In this document: one piece after another, positions 8,831 through 19,103 of the stretch
Layout: every line of letters begins with the position of its first letter
Numbering within the stretch: the first letter of the stretch is position 1
Notes under the pieces: model-generated
Seen by the model: only the letters and a program-made list of their open reading frames with translations
Database searches by the model: none
Told to the model about the DNA's origin: nothing
Program-made: the position numbers and the translations under genes
Source of the DNA: Wickerhamiella versatilis
Taxonomy: Eukaryota
Length of the DNA stretch: 64,000 nt
Assembly: GCA_030867685.1 (NCBI GenBank)
Contig: JAQOWU010000008.1
Span: 2,852,001 to 2,916,000 of the forward strand
Direction: 5' to 3'

Positions 8831-11002
8831 ATGCGGCCCAGAAAAATCTGGGCAATCTGGCTAGGATTGTTTCCTATGGTGGCTGCTAAAGTCATACAGA
8901 CTTCCGCGTTACTTACGTGTATGTCGAACTCTCAGTTCAGTGCAAAGCAATTCAACGCGAAGTTTGACCCAGATTCAAAAAAGATTAGTCTTGATGCCAG
9001 TTTGATATCTGGCATAAATGGCAACTTCTCTGTAACTGCAGAAGTCATTATCTATGGTATCAAGATATTAGAGAAGAATATCAGTGGTTGTGACCTGAGT
9101 GAGACGGTGTGTCCAATAAGTGCGGGCAGGTTCGAATTCAATACTAGTCTTGATGCATCCGAGGCTAAGGAGTACATCGATAAAATCCCAGGGATAGCTT
9201 ACACCTTTCCTGACATTGATGCCGTGGTTCGGGCACATATATACTACAGTGACTCGTCCTCGAAACAGCCTAGCGGAGACCCTATCGCCTGTGTTGAGGC
9301 TCAGTTATCAAACATGCATTCAGTACAAAGTAAATACGTTTCATGGGGGTTGTTTGGAGTTATTCTTTTAGGAGTGGTGGTTGCGGGGATAGCTACTTTA
9401 CTGGGGCATGTGGCCACGGCAGGCCACATTGTAGCTAACACTGTCAGCCTCTTTTCCTATTTCCAGAATACAGCTATCATCGCGATGATGGCGGTGGCTA
9501 AATTACCGCCTATAGCTGCTAGCTGGGCCGAAAATTTTGTATGGACCCTGGGAATCATTCAGGTTGGCTTTATGCAGGACGTAATGACCTGGTACGTAAG
9601 ATCAACGGGGGGAACACCAACAAATATTCTTCCTAACAAAAACATTATCTCCATTGCTGCATATAAACGGTCACTTGATGAAAATTTTGATGCTATTGTT
9701 CCAACACTGCAAAAACGTGTGGACTTGAACAATAACTATACAACCACAAATGAACGCGACTCGGGCCTTGTAGGAAAGACACTCGTTGTTCAGGGTGTGG
9801 AAAGGGCTGCATACCTTGCAGATATAGAATTGTCAAACTTTTTTGTCACTGGTGCTACTTTCTTTCTATTTATAGGCCTTTGTTTGGCTGTGCTTCTAGC
9901 GGGGTCAAAAGGAATCCTTGAGTTATTGATCCGGACGGGGGCCGTAAGAAGCGACCGTTTCGAAGCATATCGTATACAGTGGCGAGCTTATACTAAAGGA
10001 ATGCTTTTCCGCTACTTTTTGATTGGGTTTACACAATTGTCGTTTTTGTCATTATGGGAATTCACCTCGCGAGAATCTGTGGCAACAACCATAGACGCTG
10101 TGGTTATGTATGCGGTTCTACTAGTTACCTTGTGCTATGCTACTGTTGCAGTGATCATTTTAGCGCGTAATTCAACGAAGCTATTCAAAAACCCTGCATA
10201 TATATTGTACGGAAATCCCGAGGTTCTAGACAGGTGGGGATTCCTGTATGTACAGTTCCGGGCAACTGCATATTGGTTCCTAGTTCCTATATTGATCTAT
10301 TCATTTGTCAAGAGTGCAGTGATCGCACTTGGTCAGTCCAATGGTAAAGTTCAGGCAGTATTTGTATTTGTTGTAGAGATTCTATATCTCATCTTGATAT
10401 GCTGGATTCGTCCATATATGGACAAGAGTATGAATATTTTCAATATTTCCATCGTGTCAATATCATTTGTGAATTCAATATGCTTCCTCTTTTTCAGTCA
10501 GCTCTTTGGAAAAAAGGCTGATGTGGCTTCAGCGATTGTAGGAGTCGTCTTCTTCATAATCAATGCAGTGTTTTCCTTTGTGCTGCTAGTATGTATCATT
10601 GTTGCTTGCGTATGGGCCTTGCTACATCGCAATCCTGATGCTCGTTATGAGCCTGTGAAAGATGATCGAGATGTATTCATGCCAGATATACCAGGCGGTG
10701 AGAAGGCAGCTACCGAGCTTGACGACTTAGGAATGACAGCACGTGATGGCTTCCGTGAGAGTTTTCTTCATTATAAACAGGATGAAAACGAGTACGAGCG
10801 AGCAGGAAGTGGGGCTCCCCAGACAGCAGCCCACCGGTTGTCTGGGTATGAAGATGGCACACATGATCCATTCGAGGATTCTTATCCCAGCTACCGAGAG
10901 TATCAGTCGACAGGGATATTAGGAAGTTCAAACGAGTACGATGAGGGCAATCACAGCCTCCTAGAGCATCCCAATAAAAAAGAGCATTCACACTTTTTAT
11001 AG
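8831..11002 (+). CDS. Flc-family TRP-like ER membrane protein (flavin carrier/Ca2+ channel)
   Basis: Signal peptide, ML-like domain (CPISAG..IPGIAYTFPDIDA), multi-TM region with WGFLYVQFRA. First ATG is at 8831. Confidence 0.88.
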   Translation: MRPRKIWAIWLGLFPMVAAKVIQTSALLTCMSNSQFSAKQFNAKFDPDSKKISLDASLISGINGNFSVTAEVIIYGIKILEKNISGCDLSETVCPISAGRFEFNTSLDASEAKEYIDKIPGIAYTFPDIDAVVRAHIYYSDSSSKQPSGDPIACVEAQLSNMHSVQSKYVSWGLFGVILLGVVVAGIATLLGHVATAGHIVANTVSLFSYFQNTAIIAMMAVAKLPPIAASWAENFVWTLGIIQVGFMQDVMTWYVRSTGGTPTNILPNKNIISIAAYKRSLDENFDAIVPTLQKRVDLNNNYTTTNERDSGLVGKTLVVQGVERAAYLADIELSNFFVTGATFFLFIGLCLAVLLAGSKGILELLIRTGAVRSDRFEAYRIQWRAYTKGMLFRYFLIGFTQLSFLSLWEFTSRESVATTIDAVVMYAVLLVTLCYATVAVIILARNSTKLFKNPAYILYGNPEVLDRWGFLYVQFRATAYWFLVPILIYSFVKSAVIALGQSNGKVQAVFVFVVEILYLILICWIRPYMDKSMNIFNISIVSISFVNSICFLFFSQLFGKKADVASAIVGVVFFIINAVFSFVLLVCIIVACVWALLHRNPDARYEPVKDDRDVFMPDIPGGEKAATELDDLGMTARDGFRESFLHYKQDENEYERAGSGAPQTAAHRLSGYEDGTHDPFEDSYPSYREYQSTGILGSSNEYDEGNHSLLEHPNKKEHSHFL

Positions 11003-11377
11003 TCATGCCATATTTTAGTGCACTTTTTTATAACAGTATATTTTTAGCGTAAGTTTATTTGGGGTTATTTTGGAAGCCACTAAAGAAAGCTCTAAATTTT
11101 TTTTTGCTCATGTAGGGCAATAGAGCTATTGGAAGACTAGCCTTAGGGTAATAGTAAGCTTTTTCACAAAAGCGCAAAGCAAATAATCCAAGTTGCATCA
11201 TAAGCTAGAGTTGCCTCGTACGTGCAGTTTCCTCTATCGGCATGCATGTGCATTTGGTGATTATATTAGTACATGCAAGACGTTCGGCATAAGCAGTTGC
11301 AGTGGTAATCAGTTTATTGACAGAAAAAGTCGTATCGGTATATTTTTTTTACTGTTTCCCACGGCATTTTCTGACGG

Positions 11378-12235
11378 ATGCGGAAACAGACACCACCACC
11401 ATTACCTCCTGGATTGCACAAGCGCACCTCGAGCCTGCCCATGCTTCCCGTTGAGCCGCTTAAAATCCATAAACAGCAGAACAGCTCTGGGTCCGTCACG
11501 GAGCCAGTGACACCAGTGAGCTTAGTTAGTTGGCCTGAGAGTCCCGCCTCAAGTGTACTAACTAGCAAGCCTCCTCGAGAATGGCAGCGCATAAAGCTGC
11601 GCCATAATTGCATTCGTGAGCTTTACGAAACAGAAAAGCAATTTGGACAAGATATGTCTATTGTAGTAAAAATGTACATGTGTTCCGGGGCAGATGTGGC
11701 GCTGGCGCCAGACGTTGTGGATACCCTATTCAGCAACATTACAGAAGTTCTCGATGTCTCGTTATCATTGGCTGCTATGCTCGAAAAGGAAGTAGGTTTC
11801 CAAATCTTGCACGGCCCTAATGACCTATTAAGTGATATCATTGCTGATGCGGACGTACACATAGGCCGAGCCATGTCCAACTTTTTTACTTCAGCTCTAT
11901 ACGAAGTTTATGAACGATATATGCACAGAAATCCACTGCAGATGGATACCTGCTTCAGGCTAAGCGGAACGAAGACACATGTCCCACCACCTGAGGAAGC
12001 CAAATGGTTAGCCCAATGTACACAGAGAGCATCAAAATTCACAACAGCATGGAGTCTTGATGCATTGCTCATTAAACCTGTACAACGCCTGGCTAAATAC
12101 CCCCTATTTTTGCAAACTTTATTTAATGCCACCGACCCTGAACATTCAGACTTTCCCGATATTGAAACAGCGTTACGGCGCTCCAAGCTGTATATCGAAT
12201 GCATCAACGCGCGTTTTGGATGTAACTCTCCTTAA
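11378..12235 (+). CDS. short RhoGEF (DH-domain) protein
   Basis: IRELYETEKQF..LFSNI..WSLDALLIKPVQRLAKYPLFL; Pro-rich N-terminus. Confidence 0.82.
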   Translation: MRKQTPPPLPPGLHKRTSSLPMLPVEPLKIHKQQNSSGSVTEPVTPVSLVSWPESPASSVLTSKPPREWQRIKLRHNCIRELYETEKQFGQDMSIVVKMYMCSGADVALAPDVVDTLFSNITEVLDVSLSLAAMLEKEVGFQILHGPNDLLSDIIADADVHIGRAMSNFFTSALYEVYERYMHRNPLQMDTCFRLSGTKTHVPPPEEAKWLAQCTQRASKFTTAWSLDALLIKPVQRLAKYPLFLQTLFNATDPEHSDFPDIETALRRSKLYIECINARFGCNSP

Positions 12236-12387
12236 TATCAGGCACGTATATACAATCCCTAATGAGACCTAAACTGCCTACAAAAAAATAAAAAGCCATA
12301 TCCCCGTTGTATCCTAATTGTCTGCCTACATTCGCTAATAGCGATGAGCGCAGTTACATAAATTAAAGGAAAGTTGCATGACACGTC

Positions 12388-12990
12388 TTATAGAATAAGG
12401 CATTTTTTCGACTTCTTGGATCCACCTTGTTTCGGCGGATGCAATGCCGCCAAAATTGCCTCATCAAATACATTCTTTAGCCCCTTTTGGGTTAATGCAG
12501 AGCATTCCAAATACTTTACTACGCCAGGGTCAGACTTTGCCAGCCTTTCACCCTGCTCAGCAGTGACAGGTCGAAGCTTTGACTTAGCCAGGCGTGAAAG
12601 TGTTACTGGATCAGACCGTAAATCAATCTGAGTACCAACTACGATTGAAGGTACACCTGGACAATAGTGTCGTACTTCTGGTAACCACTTTTCTCGGACG
12701 TTTTCGAAGCTCGCCGGAGTCACAACCGAAAAGCAAACCAGGAAGATATCAGTTTGAGGATAGCTCAGAGGCCTTAGCCGATCATAATCTTCCTGACCTG
12801 CAGTATCAAAGAGCAACAGCATATGTTGCTCATCTCCAACCATGACTGTCACCGCATAGTTATCAAACACTGTCGGCACGTAGTCGCTCGGGAACTTATT
12901 GGTGGAATATGACATCAACAAGCATGTCTTTCCCACTGCACCATCGCCTACGACGACGCACTTCATCGACGGAGGCGCTGATGTTGCCAT
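12388..12990 (-). CDS. CDC42: Cdc42-like Rho GTPase
   Basis: [48 protein letters not shown]-terminal [13 protein letters not shown]. First ATG is at 12990. Confidence 0.88.
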   Translation of the reverse strand: MATSAPPSMKCVVVGDGAVGKTCLLMSYSTNKFPSDYVPTVFDNYAVTVMVGDEQHMLLLFDTAGQEDYDRLRPLSYPQTDIFLVCFSVVTPASFENVREKWLPEVRHYCPGVPSIVVGTQIDLRSDPVTLSRLAKSKLRPVTAEQGERLAKSDPGVVKYLECSALTQKGLKNVFDEAILAALHPPKQGGSKKSKKCLIL

Positions 12991-13303
12991 ATTTCGAGAC
13001 AAGAGAGTTGAGGGACAGGTAAAACGGGGTGGGAAGACTGTGGCCTTACGATGACAAACACAGGGGACATCTTCCCAGCTAGGAATCGCTGACTGTACAG
13101 ATAGAGTATCGTGGCGAGGGAAAGCGTGGCCGAATTCGCCTTATGTGCGACCCACTAGCTATAAATTATGGTACAGTTAGTTCGACTGCAAGATATTTAG
13201 ATTTACAATATTCGAGGTTCATGATTATCACGCCAGCACCTCACCCTTATCCTACCCTAGCTGTACGTTTAGTCTTAACTATGTTTTTGGGCGATTGCTA
13301 AAG

Positions 13304-15169
13304 TTAATCGGACTCTTCCTCAGCGGTCTGTAGCCATTCTATCCATTGCTTTATTACCCTGCGTTCGGCAGCTGCAATGGGTGGCTGTGCCCACCACTTG
13401 TAGATAGCTTCCTCTGATAATACATCGGTATCATAGATAGTAGACACAGCAAAAAAAAGCAAGGCCTCACCGAGTCGACGACCAGCGCATTCTTTCTCGA
13501 TGTAACCTGCCAACGCCACTTGTCCTGCAAAATCAAAAGTGATCCGTTGCAAGACTGGAGACCACTCACTGAAGACCGCTTCAGTAATTTTCTTGCCTGA
13601 AGCTACGTCAACGGCCAGGTGGGATATGTGTTCCAGGAGGGCATGAACAACGGCCTGCTGAACCCATTCATGTTGAGCATTCATGGTCATACGCAAAGTA
13701 TTTAATTCAAGTGCTGCAACATCCTGGGTATGCTTGTCAACAATGGAGCGATTAATTGAAGCAACTGCCTCTTTGAAAAAGTCCTCGTCATTGTCACTGT
13801 TAGCACTCGCCATACTTGTTGTCGAGAGCGATCTACGTTTATGCTGCTTTGCGGGCTTTTCGCCGTCTTCAATAGAGGAATCGGACATATCAAGATGTTC
13901 AAGAAGATCTGGTAACGAATCTTCTGACTCTTCTGAAGAATTGTGAGGTAAAGTGGCCACTTCATGGGGTCCGATCTCGGAATGGAAAGGTACCACTGTC
14001 TTACAAACACTTGCTCCAGATCCAATAACCACGCCATTAGCAACTATTGAATCGATGACTTCAGTGTTTTCTCCCACACTACAACCTTCCCAAATGTAAG
14101 AATTCTTAATTGTAGCGCCCTTACCGATATTGGTACCTCGGCCTATAATAGAATTCGTTATGTCGGCCTCAGGACCCACAAAAGAGCCACCGCCGATCAC
14201 TGTCCCACGCCCTATAATGCACGAATGCGACAATATAACATCTTTCTCCATGTATATGTGGCCCATTCTATGACTATAGGTTTGTCCCGACAATTCATTC
14301 AAGTCCACCACTAAGGGATAGCTGTACCTCGACACAATATCCTCAGTAACAGCACGATATGTCTTAAACGACTCCACTCGAGCTGCGTAGCCCTCCTCAA
14401 GTATATGGCAATAGATAGTCTTTCCTAGTAGATCCGATGTCAGTATTCCACTGACAAAATCGTCGCGTAGGGACTCATAATCGAAGTTCTCTGTAAATAA
14501 AGCAGGGACATCGACAGTACATATATCAATACGACAATCAATCAAGTCATTGCGGAACTCGACAGCAGGAAGCTTCAGCAATTCTCCTGCATCTACCTCA
14601 ATGTCCTTAGAGTGGAGGCTTTTTCCGTACGACACCATGCGTCCAGTTGTGGCATCAAGTACGAATAAGCCCGTGTGCGCAGATCTTGTTCGGTGCGTGG
14701 CGGATGCCTGACGAAGAACTATAGACATGATGCAGTTACGATCTTCCTTCTTACGCTGCACATGTGCATCCCATATCTTTTCGAAATCTACGCTGCATAC
14801 CACATCACCACTTATCAGCAAAAAGTCGGACTTTATGACGCCACGGGCATCAAGATCCCGCATGGCATCACCAACACTTAGAGAGTTGGGAAGTTCGATG
14901 ATGTGAACTATGAACGGTGAATACGTAGAAGCCCACTTCGACTGCCTTATATATTCAGCCACTTGTCCTGCATGGCTACGAGCAATGAGGTATACCTCAG
15001 AGACTTGAGCACTTACAAGAAATTCAAGTGTATACTCCAGTAGTGGAGTATTTGCTAGAGGAAGCAAGCATCTAGGGCAATCTTGTGTGAGTGGCCAAAA
15101 CCTTGTTTGGTAAGTATCACACAGTACCACTGCCTGAAGCTGTCGTGGCTCTGGCTTTTTATGCGGCAT
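13304..15169 (-). CDS. GCD6: eIF2B epsilon subunit
   Basis: LQAVVLCD..PRCLLPLAN, FTENFDY, hexapeptide repeats, W2 domain ending WIEWLQTAEEESD. Confidence 0.93.
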   Translation of the reverse strand: MPHKKPEPRQLQAVVLCDTYQTRFWPLTQDCPRCLLPLANTPLLEYTLEFLVSAQVSEVYLIARSHAGQVAEYIRQSKWASTYSPFIVHIIELPNSLSVGDAMRDLDARGVIKSDFLLISGDVVCSVDFEKIWDAHVQRKKEDRNCIMSIVLRQASATHRTRSAHTGLFVLDATTGRMVSYGKSLHSKDIEVDAGELLKLPAVEFRNDLIDCRIDICTVDVPALFTENFDYESLRDDFVSGILTSDLLGKTIYCHILEEGYAARVESFKTYRAVTEDIVSRYSYPLVVDLNELSGQTYSHRMGHIYMEKDVILSHSCIIGRGTVIGGGSFVGPEADITNSIIGRGTNIGKGATIKNSYIWEGCSVGENTEVIDSIVANGVVIGSGASVCKTVVPFHSEIGPHEVATLPHNSSEESEDSLPDLLEHLDMSDSSIEDGEKPAKQHKRRSLSTTSMASANSDNDEDFFKEAVASINRSIVDKHTQDVAALELNTLRMTMNAQHEWVQQAVVHALLEHISHLAVDVASGKKITEAVFSEWSPVLQRITFDFAGQVALAGYIEKECAGRRLGEALLFFAVSTIYDTDVLSEEAIYKWWAQPPIAAAERRVIKQWIEWLQTAEEESD

Positions 15170-15393
15170 GACACACTGTGACTCAGCGGGGCACGAAATT
15201 TCCAGTGAGCCAACCTATAGCCTATGCCTTACTCTTTCAAATTGCAATTTTATTTTTTCTAAAATTTAGATCTCACGATTGAAATAATTAGCGGTTTTTT
15301 TGATATGTTACAAGTTTCAGGAGGTCGTCGGTATGAAGTAAGTCGCGTCGTTGGCGTTGCTTACTTTCCAGCCAATATCGCTTGGAAACAAGG

Positions 15394-15972
15394 ATGGACC
15401 CAGAGCTTGGGAGTCTAGAGAAGCGGATTAAAAGGCCGCGCCAGCCGAGACTGCTTGCTTTATTCTTTACATTCATACAAGGCTTTCTTTCTCTCATCAT
15501 CCTAAACTATTATGGCGGGCTCTATCGGCGATCCGCGGCAGGGACAGCGGGTCTTGTAGGAGCATTGCTGTGTGGTCTCAGCCAAAGTTTATTGCAAGTT
15601 CTCTTGAATAAATATTATTTTCCGACAATATTAAGGTTTCAGGTATGGGGACTTCTTAATGGAGTTTGGACACATTTCTGGGCAGGTCAGTTAATTGAAC
15701 GCTTTCAGTACAAGCCTCTGAGAGTTCTCTGGGATCAAATATTCGGAAACCCCTTTGGAGTTTTGGGCTTCACGTCTTTTACCGCTTTCTGGGAGGGGTT
15801 TGATGTTGACCTATATTTACAAAAGCACTACTTCGCCACTTTGAAACTTTCTTGGTTTGTTTGGCCACTTGCATCCGTCGTGCAATTCTATGTAATACCA
15901 CAAAAGTATGTGACGTTGTTTAACACCACAATGAATTTTGGATGGACCGTGGCTCTTGGACTTATTATGTAG
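15394..15972 (+). CDS. Mpv17/PMP22-family membrane protein
   Basis: DQIFGNP and SWFVWPLASVVQFYVIP..LFNTTMNFGW motifs. Confidence 0.8.
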   Translation: MDPELGSLEKRIKRPRQPRLLALFFTFIQGFLSLIILNYYGGLYRRSAAGTAGLVGALLCGLSQSLLQVLLNKYYFPTILRFQVWGLLNGVWTHFWAGQLIERFQYKPLRVLWDQIFGNPFGVLGFTSFTAFWEGFDVDLYLQKHYFATLKLSWFVWPLASVVQFYVIPQKYVTLFNTTMNFGWTVALGLIM

Positions 15973-16137
15973 TAAATTAGTATCAAGAGCCGAGCATCTT
16001 ACCCTTAGCTAGCAAAATACATTACGAGCAACCAATTTTTATTTAACCAGTCTCTGTCCATAGAAGTATGGAATTGCACACATAAATTAACCACTTGGTA
16101 CCTGGGGTATGTTGATTTTTGTCGTAGGTAAGCGTGT

Positions 16138-16287
16138 ATGCTTCCCAATCTCCGTCGGTTGTTTGCATCCTTTCGGACAGAGGAGGAAGAACGTGAATAT
16201 TCAAGGACAGCATTCTTCAACTTTATAAGTTTTTTGGCGGCTGCCGCGGGATTCAGTCTCATAGCCCAAAAGGCCAGTGTCAAGTAG
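16138..16287 (+). CDS. MCO6: 49-aa Emr1/Mco6-family mitochondrial microprotein (below ORF-track cutoff)
   Basis: Hand translation MLPNLRRLFASFRTEEEEREYSRTAFFNFISFLAAAAGFSLIAQKASVK* closely resembles S. pombe Emr1 as recalled; one TM segment. Confidence 0.8.
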   Translation: MLPNLRRLFASFRTEEEEREYSRTAFFNFISFLAAAAGFSLIAQKASVK

Positions 16288-16584
16288 CTCGTTCACAATT
16301 CATTCATTGTAAGGAAAGGCCTCTCTTCACCCAAGATAGCATTGTATACGGAAACTCTTTTCCTATGCGTTAGTTCGTTGCATAATGGTGAGGCTCTTAC
16401 AGTGCCCTTTGTCCCTTTTGTTGTGGTGGCTCAGCAGTGTAGAGTGTGATGCCGAGGAAAGACTTCAAATTGTTTCAAACAGCTGTAGCCTCGTATTTTC
16501 AGAGTAATTGTTGGCTGCCCTTAATCCATAAAGCTATCTTTACTTGATGGAATTATATCTATCAATCATTAATCGTTAACCTGT

Positions 16585-17553
16585 CTAACAAAGTTCTCCA
16601 CGAGAAATAGTATGCTTTGCAAACTCATATACTGTCCAACTAATGGCGGTCGATGGTATATTGGCCACCATTCGTGGCTTTATACCTAAGAGAAAGCCAC
16701 GCAGTCCTGCTCGTCGATATATATATACACTGGCGTCACGAATGCCTCTGAGCTTTCGCGCCTCTGGAACTTCTGAACAGCCCCGAGTCTGTAACAATGT
16801 TTTAACCACATCAAATGGTGTTGAAACTGCAGCTGCTGTTGCACCTGCGAGTCCTCCAGCAACACAATGCGTGAGTGGGTCGTATTTCCGTTGCCTGTTA
16901 AAGAGATGTGTTAATTGATCATAGCAAGTAAAATTGGCTGCTGCAAATGGTACACTCATTATTAAAGTCGTAGGATAAGAAACATAAAATGCTCTGAAAT
17001 TCTCAGTTTTATATATTTGCCGTGCAGTTGAGAATACACCTCTAGATGTTCCTGAATTCTTTGCCTGCAGCTGCATTCGTTGCTTCACGACATCAAATGG
17101 ATTCATTAGGGCTTCGCTCGAGACTGAAGCGCAAAATCCTGCGGCAGCACTTGCGACGGGATTTCCAGGTGATCCTAGAGAGCTAACAGTCTCATATACT
17201 GCATAATGCACTGCATGAGCAGGGCCAGCCCCAAGTGCCATAGAGGTAATACCTCGCCAAAGAGCAAGCCCGCCTTCGGACGAGGATATGCGGCTCAAAC
17301 TTGTCAACAATCCGCGATAGATATTACCTGCACTTGACGCTACCTGCATTCTCGTCTTTATTGCATCCACTGGGTACATTACCGTGTGTTCCATGATCCC
17401 AGCGAGGGCACCGGCGGCCATGCTGATTGCCATAGGTGTGTTCTCGGGTAAAGCCTCATAGTCAAACTCCACAGGGTTTATATCATTCATTTGGCCACCA
17501 TGAGAAACGGATCGACCTTGATCCTTATTTAAAGTCATATAGTCGACCTGCAT
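16585..17553 (-). CDS. MRS3: mitochondrial iron carrier (mitoferrin, Mrs3/Mrs4)
   Basis: DYEALP, EHTVMYPVDAIKTRMQ, GAGPAHAVHYAVYE; three carrier repeats. Confidence 0.92.
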   Translation of the reverse strand: MQVDYMTLNKDQGRSVSHGGQMNDINPVEFDYEALPENTPMAISMAAGALAGIMEHTVMYPVDAIKTRMQVASSAGNIYRGLLTSLSRISSSEGGLALWRGITSMALGAGPAHAVHYAVYETVSSLGSPGNPVASAAAGFCASVSSEALMNPFDVVKQRMQLQAKNSGTSRGVFSTARQIYKTENFRAFYVSYPTTLIMSVPFAAANFTCYDQLTHLFNRQRKYDPLTHCVAGGLAGATAAAVSTPFDVVKTLLQTRGCSEVPEARKLRGIRDASVYIYRRAGLRGFLLGIKPRMVANIPSTAISWTVYEFAKHTISRGELC

Positions 17554-17652
17554 CCAACAATCTGCGTATGACTTTTCCTACTCAGAGAGTGAGCACAAGT
17601 TGTTCAGGAACTGTTCAAAATTAATAATCAAGGGTCTAGATCGTTCATGTCA

Positions 17653-18189
17653 TCAATCAGGGCTACCGGTTCCCTCAGGTGTATCCGACATCATGTTTCT
17701 ACGATCAACAATAGATGTAGTGCTATAAGGAATTTCATCCAAACTTGGACGCCATAAAGCATGGAGGACGCGCTGCATTCTCTCCATTGCCTGTTGTTCC
17801 CTTAGGTGGCCGCTTCCCGTAGACGAGTACCGTGGCCCCCTCGGCATGCTTTCTTCTCTATTATTTGACAGGTTTTGCCCCACGTTGTGAGGATGCATGT
17901 TTTCGAGGTTCAATTCTCCAGCATCATTGGGTTCAGCTTCTGATCTACCCACCAGTTGCGACGCCTGCGTTGCTCCCCGCATATAATGCCTTAGACGACG
18001 TTCTCTCCGAATTGCAGCTGAGATTTCTGGTCTCCCCGACTGGAGTCGAAATGCGTTCTGGCGACGAAGTAATGTCCTCCTCCTCTGTGCGAATCTGCCA
18101 CTAGGTTCTTCTCGATGCCACGGGGTATCAAATGCTACTGTACGATACCTACGATCTTTGCTACCATGGTGCCACAATGGAATACCCAT
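17653..18189 (-). CDS. hypothetical Arg-rich protein
   Basis: 178-aa ATG ORF filling a gap between genes; no recognised domain. Confidence 0.5.
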   Translation of the reverse strand: MGIPLWHHGSKDRRYRTVAFDTPWHREEPSGRFAQRRRTLLRRQNAFRLQSGRPEISAAIRRERRLRHYMRGATQASQLVGRSEAEPNDAGELNLENMHPHNVGQNLSNNREESMPRGPRYSSTGSGHLREQQAMERMQRVLHALWRPSLDEIPYSTTSIVDRRNMMSDTPEGTGSPD

Positions 18190-18276
18190 GGCCTCTAAAC
18201 GAGGTAGCGTTGTGAGGTTGATCGTGTTCTAATAAGTATTTGTAATCAAAGTCGCGACAAAAAGCGAGAAATGGGT

Positions 18277-18553
18277 ATCCTTCAACACCCGTAATCGGTA
18301 TCGAGTTCCGACAATATTGCCGGGCCACGCATTGCACTTAAGACCTACCTAGTCCATTCCATATAGGGTGGACCAAGCGATCAATCCCCTACCACGCCTT
18401 TCCCAAGGCCCGTAGGCCGATATTTCTGATGACGCGGCCTGCAGTTCCCCACAGCCCTCTCTCGAGGATATAATCGGGGAGGTTTCACCGAATTTACCCA
18501 CTCTCATTCTAATTTCGTTTGTGGAGAGTCAGCGTGGCCGAGTGCAGAAGGAC
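18277..18553 (-). ncRNA. RPR1: nuclear RNase P RNA
   Basis: Conserved regions in order on the minus strand: CR-I GGGTAAATTCGGTG (18499-18486), CR-II TCAGAAA, CR-III TGGGAA, CR-IV AAGTGCAAT, CR-V GAACTCGATACCGATTAC (18308-18291). P1 GTCCTTC-TGCACTCG/CGGGTGT-TGAAGGAT; P2 GGCCACGC/GCGTGGCC; T5 terminator at 18263-18259. Confidence 0.93.
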
Positions 18554-19103
18554 TTGAGTCACGCGAGACGACTAGGCCACGCATGCATCTTTGATTATCT
18601 GGGTTTTTCACTTGATAGCCTAAATGCACCCTTGCCCATTATCATTTAGTTGCCATGTTCTTAGCCGTAGCAGTAACAGCAACTAGGCTATGGTGACCTA
18701 GATAATTATTTATTATTATATTTATATTTTTATGCATACATTCCTGTAAGGCTGAAATGCTTGCCAGATAAATTACAATTTGACCGCGTATTTTCTGGAA
18801 AGAGAATAATGATCTAATTTTAGTCCCTCACTCGCAGGTAACCTGTTACAATGTTCTAGGGCCGACATGAAGACCCTATGCTTTGTTATTTGCAGCCATT
18901 ATACTAACTAGCTTCAGGAAACTCATGCTTATCTCTGCCCAAGCATCTCTCGAAACACCTAACGCTACAACCTGTTTTATTGGTGAATCATAGCCTGATA
19001 ATATAGATAATTCAGTTCACTGGCTGAGATTAATTGGAGACTCCAAATAACTGAGCAGCAATTTTTTCCGGTCTGTCAGTGCGCCCTAACCTCGTATCTC
19101 CCT

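Noticed and set aside
16005-16283. 92-aa minus-strand ORF
   Set aside because: Non-ATG shadow antisense to the Emr1/Mco6 microprotein.
18593-18707. 5S rRNA (similar size, three-way fold)
   Set aside because: No sequence resemblance to 5S rRNA on either strand.
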